Origin: Bacteriovoracia bacterium
GTDB lineage: Bacteria > Bdellovibrionota > UBA1018 > JBFWNL01
Direction: 5' to 3'
Length of the DNA: 64,000 nt
Assembly (NCBI GenBank): GCA_050251055.1
Contig: JBFWNL010000008.1
Coordinates: 124,808-188,807 of the forward strand
A model generated the notes under the pieces. The model ran no database searches. It worked only from the letters and a program-made list of their open reading frames with translations, and had not been told where the DNA came from. The translations under genes were made by a program, and so were the position numbers. Of the stretch, positions 1-9,663 are shown piece by piece (positions within the stretch are counted from its first letter, which is position 1; each line of letters starts with the position of its first letter).

Positions 1-50
1 CCCCATCATTTCGACGCACATTAACCGCAGGGCGCGGGAGAAGTCAAACG

Positions 51-73
51 GGCGAAAAACAGGCTTTTTCGCC
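51..73 (-). terminator. possible intrinsic terminator hairpin downstream of the desaturase
   Basis: GGCGAAAAA-CAGGC-TTTTTCGCC, 9-bp stem, 20 bp past the desaturase stop; U-tract is weak. Confidence 0.4.
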
Positions 74-93
74 AAATTCGGGGAAGGGGGAGA

Positions 94-1032
94 TCAGCGA
101 CGGAAAGCGAGATCGCGATAATAACGCAGGAGATCAGCCAACCGGGCAGGTCGGGCGGCACTGCCCTCGCGAACGGTGGCTGGCAGCAGGCTATAGGGAT
201 CGGATCGATCGGTGAAGGACGCGACCTTGGCTCCCTGCTGAACAAACTTCTTCTCGTTCAATCGCCAGTACTCCTCGTACTCGTACCAGGGAATCGTGGG
301 TTTGAGGTGATGCACCAGATGCAGGTTTTGATTGAACATGATGAATTGCAACCAGCGCGGGACATACAGGTTGCGCGTGTTGCCGATGCGCGAGGTATCC
401 TGCGCCGGGTGATGCGGCCAGGAGGTATTGGCGAAGGCCAGCAGGCCGATCCCGACGAGGTTCGGCAGGATCCAGCCCAGCAGGCAGGCTTGCGAAAACT
501 CCGTGAACAAACCCAAGCCAATGATGATGCTGGGCCCGACCGTGGACGAAATCATCGTCAGCGCATTCCAGAATCCGCCGGTCCCGTAGTGTTTGAATCC
601 GTACCAGTAATAATAAAAGATAAGCAGGAACGAACGGGTCCACCGCGCCGAAAGCTTTTCGGAAGCCGTGAAATGATCCGGGTCCATCTCCGGGTGGTTC
701 GTGTAGGCGTGGTGAGTGATGTGCAGGCGCTTGAAAAAAATCGGGCTATTGAGAAAAACCGGCCAGGTCCCCCACAAAATAAGGTCGTTCAGCCAGCGGG
801 TGCGGCTCGCCACGCGGTGCACGCCATCATGCAGGGGCGTGAACATCGCGAAGATCAGTACGACCTGCACGCAGAAAATAGCGCCGGCCAGGTACCACGG
901 CAGCGGACGAAACCAAACCAACAAGAAGATGTTGAGGTAAAACCAAATGGAAACGACGAGAAAAATAATCAGGGTCGGATTGATCGCGCGGTCTTGGCTC
1001 GTTGAGCGGCCGGGCGTTGAAGTCGGAAGCAC
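94..1032 (-). CDS. membrane fatty acid desaturase/hydroxylase family protein
   Basis: three His boxes HDGVH, HITHH and HLVHH; hydrophobic helices; GTG start with GGAGG upstream. Confidence 0.85.
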   Translation of the reverse strand: MLPTSTPGRSTSQDRAINPTLIIFLVVSIWFYLNIFLLVWFRPLPWYLAGAIFCVQVVLIFAMFTPLHDGVHRVASRTRWLNDLILWGTWPVFLNSPIFFKRLHITHHAYTNHPEMDPDHFTASEKLSARWTRSFLLIFYYYWYGFKHYGTGGFWNALTMISSTVGPSIIIGLGLFTEFSQACLLGWILPNLVGIGLLAFANTSWPHHPAQDTSRIGNTRNLYVPRWLQFIMFNQNLHLVHHLKPTIPWYEYEEYWRLNEKKFVQQGAKVASFTDRSDPYSLLPATVREGSAARPARLADLLRYYRDLAFRR

Positions 1033-1127
1033 TCCCTTACCTCCAGAAAAGCGCGCTTAAATTTATAGCCGCGCTGCATATAGATTAAAAGAGATGCGCC
1101 CGCCAATGCAAGTGTTATTAATGAGGA

Positions 1128-2612
1128 ATGCGCAAAACCCAGTCTCGTTGGGCCGTACCTACCGGATTATTGGCGTCTTTTTTTCTCGCGGGCTTTCTCA
1201 CTGCGTGCGGGAGCTTGCATAAGCGGGCGAAGGAATACATGGAGGCGGGCGCCCATCTGGAAGCGGCCCGGACCTACGAGGAGATTCTAAAGAAAGACCC
1301 CCAGGACCCCGAAGCTAAGCTTGGCCTAACCGAAGCCCGCTCCCGCTTGATCGACAGCCGCCTCATCGACATCCGGCGCGCGCGAACCTCGGGCAACCCG
1401 GAGCAAGGGCTGGATCATTTAATGGCGCTCCTGAACGATCAGGCGAAGTGGGGGTTGAACGCCCACGCGGCGGCGACCCTGACCCAGGAAGAAGAGACGG
1501 AATTTGGCGCGAACCTCGTGGCCAAAAAGGTAACGTCCGCCAACCAGGCGAATCACCCCCTGCGCGCATCCTCCCTACTTCTCCGCTACCGGCCCCTCTT
1601 CCAAGACAAACGCGCCTCCCGTCACGACGCCTTGAACGCCGAGACCGAGCGGGTCGGGCAAAAGCACTGCAAGAAACTGCAGGCGATGGATCTCAAGAAA
1701 GCGCCTTACTTCGCCGAGTTTGTCATTAAGTATTGCGCCTACTTCAAGGAAGAGTCCGCGCAACTCGCCGACCGCATCGGCCATCGTGCGGCCGATCTCG
1801 TGAATGACGTAACCGTCACCGTAAAGATCAAGGATTTGCCGAACGAAAGCACGCCAAAATTCACGGAGAACTTCCGCGACGCCCTCAAGCGCACCGCCTG
1901 GTACGACGCCGAAGGCAAGCAGACGATCGCGCTCACGGTAGACGGCACGCTTGAGTTCTCGCGCCAACAGGTGCCGGTGAATCTCGTCCACCAATACAAG
2001 GAAGACGAACCCTACGTCGAGGTCATTGACGTGCAAAAAATCCGGCAAGTCCCTTACGAAACGACCGAGTCACGCATCAATCCCACCACTCGAGCCATCG
2101 AGGTGGTGCCCGTTACGAAGTATAGGCAAGAGACTTATATCGAAAAGCAATCCGTCACGCGCACCCGGGAGGTGCTGAAAACCTACCCTTACGGCGCTTG
2201 GAAGCACATGCAACATCTCAAGCTCGCCCTCACGGGCGCGAGTACCGTCGCGGGACGGGCCGTGAACTTCTCGCTCACCGAGGAGCTAAATCAAAACAGC
2301 TTCCAGCACGACCTGGACCTGCCCGCGATTGGGCTGAAACCGGCGAAACTCACGCTCACCGACGAAGGGGCCTGGATCGACGAGCAGGCGAAGCGTGCGT
2401 CCGGGCTCTTCGAGGGCAAACTGGCGGAACTCTGGAAGGACCTTTACTGTTCGGGCAGCGAGAAACTTTCACTGGTAGCGTCCGGCGAGCAGGTGCACCG
2501 CTGCTTGCGCGAGCAGTCGGGCGACGCGCCCGAATTCGCGCAGGGCTGGTATCAGAAGCAACTCGATATGGACATGAAAGAGGCGATGTCCCTCATCGGC
2601 CTCAAGCGCTGA
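1128..2612 (+). CDS. TPR-containing lipoprotein, function unknown
   Basis: lipobox FLTAC; N-terminal TPR-like helices (EAARTYEEILKKDPQDPEAKLGL). Confidence 0.7.
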   Translation: MRKTQSRWAVPTGLLASFFLAGFLTACGSLHKRAKEYMEAGAHLEAARTYEEILKKDPQDPEAKLGLTEARSRLIDSRLIDIRRARTSGNPEQGLDHLMALLNDQAKWGLNAHAAATLTQEEETEFGANLVAKKVTSANQANHPLRASSLLLRYRPLFQDKRASRHDALNAETERVGQKHCKKLQAMDLKKAPYFAEFVIKYCAYFKEESAQLADRIGHRAADLVNDVTVTVKIKDLPNESTPKFTENFRDALKRTAWYDAEGKQTIALTVDGTLEFSRQQVPVNLVHQYKEDEPYVEVIDVQKIRQVPYETTESRINPTTRAIEVVPVTKYRQETYIEKQSVTRTREVLKTYPYGAWKHMQHLKLALTGASTVAGRAVNFSLTEELNQNSFQHDLDLPAIGLKPAKLTLTDEGAWIDEQAKRASGLFEGKLAELWKDLYCSGSEKLSLVASGEQVHRCLREQSGDAPEFAQGWYQKQLDMDMKEAMSLIGLKR

Positions 2613-2627
2613 GCCGTCGCGGCGAGC

Positions 2628-3476
2628 TTAGAGCGTGGGTGGCCCCGCCGTCGGCGAACTATTCAGGAAATAAGAAACCCCGAGCGTGAGCGTATTCGTC
2701 CAGTTCGCACGGTCGGCGATGAATTGCCCCACGGCGAAGCCACTGGCCGCGGACTTGGCGACGATCGCTTCCTTGTAGTACATGGTCCGGAAATCCAGGC
2801 GCAGCGTGAGCGACTGCGAGAGATAGATCTGCTGCCCGATCCCCAGGAAAGGCGTCACGTAGCGCCCGGTTTCGGTCTTCGTCAGCCCCAAGCCGCCTTG
2901 AAGGTGTAGATCAAAGTAAATGATCGATTTCCCCACGAAGCTCAGCTTCCCGTACATGATGCTCCCGCGGCCTTCTACGCCGAAGAAATAATACGGACGA
3001 TTCGTATTCGTGGTGAACCCCACTTCGCTCTCGAACGTTTGCAAGGCGCGCGAAGAGCTGACGAAGTGCTTCCACCCCAGGAGGTGGGCCGAGAAATACT
3101 CGCTGAAGTGATACCCCGCTTCGCCCCCTACCCCACTCATGCTCAAAAACGGATCCGAGCTGATCGTGGCGTAAAACAAACCCGTCTCCACGCGGCCCTG
3201 CTTCGAGTAAAGACGGTTCTGCACGACCCCGATCTCGGTCTCGGAGCCCTTGGCCCAGTACTTTTCCTTGATCTTGTTGACGTCCACCGCTTCGGCCGAG
3301 GGAAGATCCATCGGCGCCGGGCTGGCGGAGGGCTTGGGTTTATCGGCGGCTCCCGCCGTACCCGGGTTCACTCCCGCTACCACCACCATCGCCAGTACCA
3401 GTATAAGGATAGGCGCCAAAACCCCGCTTTTATCAGCCCCGAAAACCCGACTCAAAAACCTGGTTGTACCTTGCAT
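2628..3476 (-). CDS. outer membrane beta-barrel domain protein (TIGR04565-like, Myxococcota/Bdellovibrionota type)
   Basis: signal peptide; IGVVQNRLYSKQGRVE and YGKLSF..IIYFD motifs; terminal strand LTLGVSYFL. Confidence 0.75.
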   Translation of the reverse strand: MQGTTRFLSRVFGADKSGVLAPILILVLAMVVVAGVNPGTAGAADKPKPSASPAPMDLPSAEAVDVNKIKEKYWAKGSETEIGVVQNRLYSKQGRVETGLFYATISSDPFLSMSGVGGEAGYHFSEYFSAHLLGWKHFVSSSRALQTFESEVGFTTNTNRPYYFFGVEGRGSIMYGKLSFVGKSIIYFDLHLQGGLGLTKTETGRYVTPFLGIGQQIYLSQSLTLRLDFRTMYYKEAIVAKSAASGFAVGQFIADRANWTNTLTLGVSYFLNSSPTAGPPTL

Positions 3477-3581
3477 AGGCCGTTGATTCTATTAGTTAAA
3501 ACACTCAGAACCTAGGGAATTCCGCCCCGGGCTTTATTCTTAACTTGAATTAACAATATTAAACATGTTAAACTATTTAAT

Positions 3582-4424
3582 ATGCGGACGATAAGCCTGA
3601 AATCCTCTCGCTACGGCATCCTTTCGATGGCGCTCGTGCTCTTCGGCTGCGAAACCGAACAATTCTTCGCCGAACTCCCCTCCAGCACCCCCCGTGACCC
3701 CAACACCGTGGTTTGCGATCCCTTGGGCCCCGGCAGCAGCCCCCTTTCGAACGGGCACGGAATGAAGGCAAGCCTGCGCTACCTATCCGACAGCATGCCT
3801 CAGTACCAATACGTGGCTGAGCACCTCGAGCACGGCATCCTGGTCGAAGGGGTGGACATCTACTTCAACAACCTCTTCGTCCCCACGCGCATGTTCGACT
3901 CGGGCTTCGAGACCCTGGCGGGCGGCGTCCTAAAAAACAATCACGATGACACGCTGTTTGAGTGGTTTTCCTTGAACATCAACAGCTACCTGCGACTGCG
4001 TATGGAAGACGCCCCAGGAAACTACGAGTTCGCGCTGCTGGCCGATGACGGCGCCGTCCTATCGGGCGACTTCGGCCTCGGTTACGAGCAGCTCGTCGTG
4101 AACGATGGCACGCACCCCACCCGCATGGGTTGCGGCGCGCATCCCGTGGCACTGGATCACAACTCGAACATCCCCATCACGATCGATTACTTCCAAGGCC
4201 CGCGCTACCACATTGCGCTCACGATGCTGTGGCGCCGGCACCAGCCGAACGCCACCGAACCCCTTTGCGGCGCGAGCGGTAACAGCCTCTTTTTCGATCC
4301 GGCTCAATCCATCAACGGCAACTACGCCCCTCAAGCCGCGTATAACGCGCTCCTGAGCCGCGGCTGGACGCCCGTGCCGGCGGAAAACCTTTATTTAGGC
4401 GAGGACTCAAATCCTTGCCTCTAA
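3582..4424 (+). CDS. PA14 domain-containing lipoprotein
   Basis: lipobox LFGC; PA14-like motifs YEFALLADDGAVL, VNDGTH and IDYFQGPRYHIAL. Confidence 0.75.
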   Translation: MRTISLKSSRYGILSMALVLFGCETEQFFAELPSSTPRDPNTVVCDPLGPGSSPLSNGHGMKASLRYLSDSMPQYQYVAEHLEHGILVEGVDIYFNNLFVPTRMFDSGFETLAGGVLKNNHDDTLFEWFSLNINSYLRLRMEDAPGNYEFALLADDGAVLSGDFGLGYEQLVVNDGTHPTRMGCGAHPVALDHNSNIPITIDYFQGPRYHIALTMLWRRHQPNATEPLCGASGNSLFFDPAQSINGNYAPQAAYNALLSRGWTPVPAENLYLGEDSNPCL

Positions 4425-4434
4425 TGGCCGATAA
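4407..4434 (+). promoter_or_regulatory. putative sigma-28 (FliA) promoter
   Basis: TCAAA-N15-GCCGATAA, ending 18 bp before the ATG at 4453. Confidence 0.6.
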
Positions 4435-4452
4435 GATCTGGGGTGTGAATAT

Positions 4453-4953
4453 ATGAAAAAAGAGAGACCTCGCACGAATCGCTTTCGGCTCCTGATTTTT
4501 CCCCGCTTCCAACTTGTGCTGGTGGGCACCAATCTCGCCATCATGTTTGGCGTCTCGCTGCTGACTTGGCTGAGCGTGAACCACGCTTTCACGGGCCTCA
4601 TGCCCGCCGCCGGCCTCGACAGCATGGAAACGGAGTTTTACCAAAAGTTCATCGACTACCAGACGACGACCATGCAGCTGCGCCTCTTCGTGGCGCTGGG
4701 CCTGGGTATCGTCGTATCATCCATCGTCACTCTCCTCATTTCCCACCGCTTCTCCGGGCCGCTCGTCCGGTTGCGCGGTTACTTCCAATCCATCGCTGAC
4801 GGGCATCACCCCATTCCCCGCCTGGAGTTTCGTCATGGCGACTTCTTGGACGATATTCCTCCGGTAGTGAATGACGCGATCGACACGATCCAAAAGCGCG
4901 GCACCTCCTATACGAATGGCCACGCCACCAGCCGACACAAAACGGTCGCGTAA
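4453..4953 (+). CDS. two-TM membrane protein with HAMP-like segment
   Basis: two TM helices followed by SHRFSGPLVRLRGYFQSIADG...FRHGD. Confidence 0.7.
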   Translation: MKKERPRTNRFRLLIFPRFQLVLVGTNLAIMFGVSLLTWLSVNHAFTGLMPAAGLDSMETEFYQKFIDYQTTTMQLRLFVALGLGIVVSSIVTLLISHRFSGPLVRLRGYFQSIADGHHPIPRLEFRHGDFLDDIPPVVNDAIDTIQKRGTSYTNGHATSRHKTVA

Positions 4954-5017
4954 TCTTCACGAAAATATCCGGTTCTGGCTCTCTCCGTCGTGAGCGGGGG
5001 CATGCTAATGTAGGCTC

Positions 5018-6079
5018 ATGCGCGGTCGCGGCGCTTCTGAAAACATTCCCAATCGCTTTGAAAAAATCGCCGTCTCCCTGGATCCAGAATCCGTCGTGGA
5101 TCCCTCGAGCGAGTCCAGTGATTCCGGGTCCAAGCGGCCCGTGCGTACGCAATTCCTGAAAGATCACTCGCGCACCATCCTTTCCACGAACGACAGCCCC
5201 GATATTGGCTTCAACGCGAGCGTCAACCCCTACCGCGGCTGCGAGCATGGCTGCGCGTACTGCTACGCCCGTCCCACCCACGAGTACCTGGGTTTTTCGG
5301 CCGGACTTGATTTCGAGAGCAAGATCGTCGTGAAGGAAAACGCGGCCGCGCTCCTACGGGAAAAACTGATGTCGAAATCGTGGCGACCCCAGGCCGTCGC
5401 CTTTAGCGGTGTCACCGACTGCTATCAGCCCATCGAGCGCAAGCTACGCCTGACCCGCTCGTGCCTAGAAGTTTTGGCCGAATTCCGAAACCCGTTCCTG
5501 ATCATCACGAAAAATCACCTCATTACGCGTGACATTGACCTCATCGCCGACATGGCCCGCGACCAGGCGGCGGCGGTTTTCATTACGATTACGAGCTTGA
5601 ATCCCGAGCTCACCGCGATTCTGGAGCCGCGGACCGCGCGCCCGGCATTACGGTTGGATGCCGTACGAAAGCTCTCCGAGGCAGGGATTCCGGTGGGAGT
5701 GCTCATGGCGCCGATCATTCCCGCAATTAATGACGAAGAGATCCCGCAGGTCTTGGCGGCCGCGCGCGACGCGGGCGCGATCACGGCGGGCTTTACCCCG
5801 CTGCGCCTCCCCGGCGCCGTGCTGCCGATTTTTACCGACTGGCTCGCCCGGCACTATCCCGATCGTCGGGACAAAGTACTGAACCGGATCCGTTCCATTC
5901 GTGAGGGGCAACTCAACGATCCGAATTTTGGCTCGCGCATGCGGGGCAGCGGGCCGTTCGCGGAACAGATCCGGTCCATTTTCAAAGTGCACGCCCGCCG
6001 CTTGGGCTTGGACCGCGGATTTTCTCCGCTGTCGACGGCGCAGTTTCGCCGCCCCGGCGAGCAGATGCGACTTTTATAG
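5018..6079 (+). CDS. PA0069/SplB-like radical SAM protein
   Basis: NPYRGCEHGCAYCYARPTHEYLG, SGVTDCYQPIE and LEPRT motifs. Confidence 0.9.
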   Translation: MRGRGASENIPNRFEKIAVSLDPESVVDPSSESSDSGSKRPVRTQFLKDHSRTILSTNDSPDIGFNASVNPYRGCEHGCAYCYARPTHEYLGFSAGLDFESKIVVKENAAALLREKLMSKSWRPQAVAFSGVTDCYQPIERKLRLTRSCLEVLAEFRNPFLIITKNHLITRDIDLIADMARDQAAAVFITITSLNPELTAILEPRTARPALRLDAVRKLSEAGIPVGVLMAPIIPAINDEEIPQVLAAARDAGAITAGFTPLRLPGAVLPIFTDWLARHYPDRRDKVLNRIRSIREGQLNDPNFGSRMRGSGPFAEQIRSIFKVHARRLGLDRGFSPLSTAQFRRPGEQMRLL

Positions 6080-6086
6080 TAAGGGG

Positions 6087-6704
6087 TTACGGGTTCACGC
6101 TGCCGCGGCACTTATCGAGCTCCGCGCGCAGGGCTTTCACTTCTTTCTCGAGCTCGACCCCGCGGCGCATGTAACCCATGACGGTCTCAGTGGGATAGGC
6201 GTAATAAATTTCGAGGGATTCCCAGTTCTCGCCGCCGATCTGCCGGCGACGGGCTAATTCGTACTTTACCTGCTCGAGCGACTTGCCTTGGGTGAGGTCC
6301 GTAAAGATGCCTTTCACTTCCCGCGCGAAGACGCGATCAATGCGCATGCCTTCGATCGTGAGCAGTGGGTTCGGCGCGCCGTTGACGACCCCGAATTTTT
6401 TTAGGAAGCTCGCCACCGCCGTGCGGGCGCCCTCGATCAGCTCAAGCCCAATTTCCGAATCGCTTTGCTGATTATGATTGTAGCTTTGCGTCACCGTCGT
6501 CACGACGATGCCTTGATGGATGAGGTCAAACTTGTATTGAGACATCCGATCGTTGCCCGGCATCGGGGCCGTGCGGATATCGCTCACCGTATAGGCTGGC
6601 TCCAGAAAGCTGACATCGGCTTGGGCGAAGGTGCCCACCAATAGGCCGGCGAGACCGGCAAAACCTGTGACTAAACTTCCAAATAAACGCTGCTTCATTT
6701 TCAT
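6087..6704 (-). CDS. secreted hypothetical protein
   Basis: signal peptide ending AQA; AGGAG ribosome-binding site; C-terminal coiled coil. Confidence 0.7.
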   Translation of the reverse strand: MKMKQRLFGSLVTGFAGLAGLLVGTFAQADVSFLEPAYTVSDIRTAPMPGNDRMSQYKFDLIHQGIVVTTVTQSYNHNQQSDSEIGLELIEGARTAVASFLKKFGVVNGAPNPLLTIEGMRIDRVFAREVKGIFTDLTQGKSLEQVKYELARRRQIGGENWESLEIYYAYPTETVMGYMRRGVELEKEVKALRAELDKCRGSVNP

Positions 6705-6819
6705 GCTCCTTTTTCTTGCCCGTAGTTACTGATCCAGGCCCAAAAAATAAGACTAAAGCAGTCGATTATATAGTTACATCCCGTTACATCTGAGTAACAT
6801 ATTGATTAATAAGGTATTT

Positions 6820-7827
6820 TTAGCGGACTACGAGCTGAGAAACCGCAGTAGCAACCCCGGTGGCAATCAGGGAGGCGTACTTGAGGTCCAGTCGCCCATC
6901 CACGACATCGCATTTGCGGTGATAGCAAACATCCCCATCGCCACCGAAGAAGTTCTCCGAAAGCACCACGGCCGGGATCTTAGCATTCCAAAACGACGCG
7001 TGATCGCTGCGATCCGTGCAAGCCTTCACCCGGGTCAGCGGCAGCTCACGCCCCTGGATCGACTCCATGATCGCTTTGGTGAGGAAAACCGATTCGCCGC
7101 GATCGCAATCAATCAAATGAAATTTTCCGTCCCGGCGCGAATTGTACGCCATCATCTCCATGTGCACGGCGCCGACGACTTGCGCGGGCTCTTTCAAATC
7201 CGCCACGTAGTTTCGCGAACCCACCAAACCCGTCTCTTCTAGATCAAAGGCCACGAAGCGAAGCGTATGCTTCAACTCTAGGTCCTTCAGCGCTTGGGCG
7301 ATCAAGAGCGCCGCGATCGTACCCGATCCATCGTCGTCGGCTCCCGCATTCCCTACCGAATCCATGTGCGATGACACGATTAAGACTTTTCCGCTCGTCC
7401 CCTTGCGTTCGGCCACGACGTTCGCGCCCTTGGCGAAAACATGTAGTTCCGCCTTAAAACCCAGCTTTTCGTATTCCTGCATCAGCCACTTGCGCGCAAG
7501 TTCCCGGCCCGCGGCCGTCGATCGCTCCGCGATGCGAACGGTCTGGTCACCCACCGTCGTGTCGCGCGCGCCCGTTAGCTCTTCCAGCTTCACGCGAAAA
7601 TCTTCCGCATCAATTTGAATGGCACTAAGCAGCGTGGGCGCGAGATCAAGCGTGCCGGGTTTAGCATAAACGCGGCGATCAATCGAAATCGTGCGGTAGG
7701 CGTCCCGGTCGGCTTTCCAATCCCGATGGGAATGCGGAGCCGCGTTCGCGGCGCCCCCCGAACCCAAGCCCGCTAGGAGCAAAATTCCGCCGAAAACCGT
7801 GGTACTGAATAAACGCGTCTGCATCAC
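6820..7827 (-). CDS. secreted M28 family metallopeptidase
   Basis: SSHMDS, GADDDGSG, EETGLVGS, SDHASFW and YH motifs; signal peptide. Confidence 0.9.
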   Translation of the reverse strand: MMQTRLFSTTVFGGILLLAGLGSGGAANAAPHSHRDWKADRDAYRTISIDRRVYAKPGTLDLAPTLLSAIQIDAEDFRVKLEELTGARDTTVGDQTVRIAERSTAAGRELARKWLMQEYEKLGFKAELHVFAKGANVVAERKGTSGKVLIVSSHMDSVGNAGADDDGSGTIAALLIAQALKDLELKHTLRFVAFDLEETGLVGSRNYVADLKEPAQVVGAVHMEMMAYNSRRDGKFHLIDCDRGESVFLTKAIMESIQGRELPLTRVKACTDRSDHASFWNAKIPAVVLSENFFGGDGDVCYHRKCDVVDGRLDLKYASLIATGVATAVSQLVVR

Positions 7828-7905
7828 AAATCCCCCTCATTCCCCAGGCCACATCCTAGGCCAAGGGCCCGGGAGTTGGCAACTCGCCCTGCGACAAAGC
7901 GGGAA

Positions 7906-9087
7906 CTAGACGCGCTTTAGCTTTAACAACGTGATTTCCGAGGGAACTCCCGTACGGACCGGGGGGCCCCAGTAGCCCGTACCGGGGTTCACGTAGAGCC
8001 ACATCTTGTCTTTATGCTTGTAGAGCCCCTGCAGGTACGGGTGGAAATGCTTGATGATTTGATTGAGCGGAAAGAACTGCCCCGCGTGCGTATGCCCCGA
8101 AATCTGCAGATCAAAGCCCGCGTTAAAAGCCTCGTAACAGCTCCGTGGCTGGTGCGCGAGTAGGAGCTTGAACGCATCCCGGGGGGCGTCGCCCATCGCC
8201 GCAACGGGGTCGCTCGTGTGCACGCTGATCATTTGCTGGGCGGAAAAATCCCGCACGCCCGCGACGACGAGCTTCGCCTTTCCCACGTCGATCACGCGAT
8301 GCTCGTTATCGAGCACGTCGTAGCCCAGGCGCCGGAGTTCGGCTGACCACTCCAACACGCCCGAAAAATATTCGTGGTTTCCGCTGCAGAAAAACTTGCC
8401 GTAACGCCCCTCGAGTTCACCAAAAGGGGCGACATCATGCGATAGCTGAACCACCGGACCGTCCACCAGATCGCCGGTGAGCGCCACGAGGTCGGGCTCC
8501 GCCTCTTGCGCGATATCGACGATTCGCTCGACAAAACCGCGATCAATCGTGGGTCCCACGTGCACGTCGCTGATCTGCACGATCCGAAAGCCGTCGAGGT
8601 CAGGATGCAAGCCAAAGACCGGCACGTCGACCTCCACGAGGTTCGGCCGCTTCACCGCCTCGCGCACTCCCCAAGCCGTGCCCAAGCCCGCCGCCGCAAG
8701 AATCCCCGCGCGGCTTGAACGCAATAGAAACGCGCGCCGGGTGGGATCGAGCGTCTGCTTGCGCACGCGCAAGGCAAAATATCCTAGCCAGCCCACGAGG
8801 TCCGTCACCAGCAGATAAATCAGAACCGCCGCCATGAATCCCATGATGATGTAGGTGCCCCATTGCAGGACCATCAGGATGGGATTGCGAATGGGCAGCA
8901 CGCCCGTGCGCAAAAGCGCCGGCCCCGCGATCAAGCCCGCAAAGGCCGTCACGATTACCGCCGTCGCCAGCTTCGCCCACCACCCCCGCCAACCCAGGGA
9001 GCGAACCATCCGCCGATGGAGGTAGAAACCCATCCCCACCCCAAAGAGCGAAATAATTGAAATAAAAAGGATAAACCGGGTATTCAC
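7906..9087 (-). CDS. membrane-anchored metallophosphoesterase (YkuE/YaeI-like)
   Basis: SDVH, TGDLVD, GNHE, LLAHQP and SGHTHAGQ motifs; N-terminal TM helices. Confidence 0.9.
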   Translation of the reverse strand: MNTRFILFISIISLFGVGMGFYLHRRMVRSLGWRGWWAKLATAVIVTAFAGLIAGPALLRTGVLPIRNPILMVLQWGTYIIMGFMAAVLIYLLVTDLVGWLGYFALRVRKQTLDPTRRAFLLRSSRAGILAAAGLGTAWGVREAVKRPNLVEVDVPVFGLHPDLDGFRIVQISDVHVGPTIDRGFVERIVDIAQEAEPDLVALTGDLVDGPVVQLSHDVAPFGELEGRYGKFFCSGNHEYFSGVLEWSAELRRLGYDVLDNEHRVIDVGKAKLVVAGVRDFSAQQMISVHTSDPVAAMGDAPRDAFKLLLAHQPRSCYEAFNAGFDLQISGHTHAGQFFPLNQIIKHFHPYLQGLYKHKDKMWLYVNPGTGYWGPPVRTGVPSEITLLKLKRV

Positions 9088-9160
9088 CCCCGTTTTATAC
9101 CCCTGAGAGCCCTTGCACTGCCAGGGGTTTTCCGGTAATCATGGGGCTTCGTTAAAAGGT

Positions 9161-9238
9161 GGACCCGTAGCTCAGTTGGATTAGAGCGCCACACTACGGA
9201 TGTGGAGGTCATAGGTTCGAACCCTGTCGGGTCCGCCA
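9161..9238 (+). tRNA. tRNA-Arg(ACG)
   Basis: acceptor stem GGACCCG/CGGGTCC; D arm GCTC/GAGC; anticodon arm CCACA-CTACGGA-TGTGG; T loop TTCGAAC; encoded CCA. Confidence 0.95.
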
Positions 9239-9637
9239 TTTCTAAAGTTCCTGTCTTCATTCAAATTCTACAAATAAGTAACTAAGCCCCTGAGACATCA
9301 CTACGCGTGCGTAAGCGCACTTTAGAAATGGCGGAGAATACAAAAGGCAAAACGCGAAGCGTTTTGTACCTTACGACAGGGTTCGAAAGGCGGAAGCCGC
9401 CGGGTGCCCGCTTGCGGGCGGCGGCTGAGCCCGGCCTGCAGCCGAAGCGCGAGGAGCGCTGAGAGCGGAAGGCGAACCCTGTCGGGTCCGCCATTTCTAA
9501 AGTTCCTGTCTTCATTCAAATTCTACAAATAAGTAACTAAGCCCCTGAGACATCACTACGCGTGCGTAAGCGCACTTTAGAAATGGCGGAGAATACAAAA
9601 GGCAAAACGCGAAGCGTTTTGTACCTTACGACAGGGT
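9218..9637. repeat. 165-bp exact direct repeat (9218-9382, 9473-9637) starting in the tRNA T loop, with internal inverted repeats
   Basis: the two copies read identical at a 255-bp offset; inverted repeats 9216-9229/9374-9387 (14 bp) and 9232-9248/9319-9335 (17 bp). Confidence 0.92.
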
Positions 9638-9663
9638 CGATAAATTGGCAGGTGAGCCAAACA

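Noticed and set aside
94-1032. Desaturase as part of the oxylipin system
   Set aside because: It lies more than 17 kb away with no shared regulatory motif seen.
9218-9637. CRISPR array, or the small ORFs 9282-9515 and 9322-9519
   Set aside because: There are only two long identical units with no unique spacers and no cas genes; the ORFs are incidental to the repeat.
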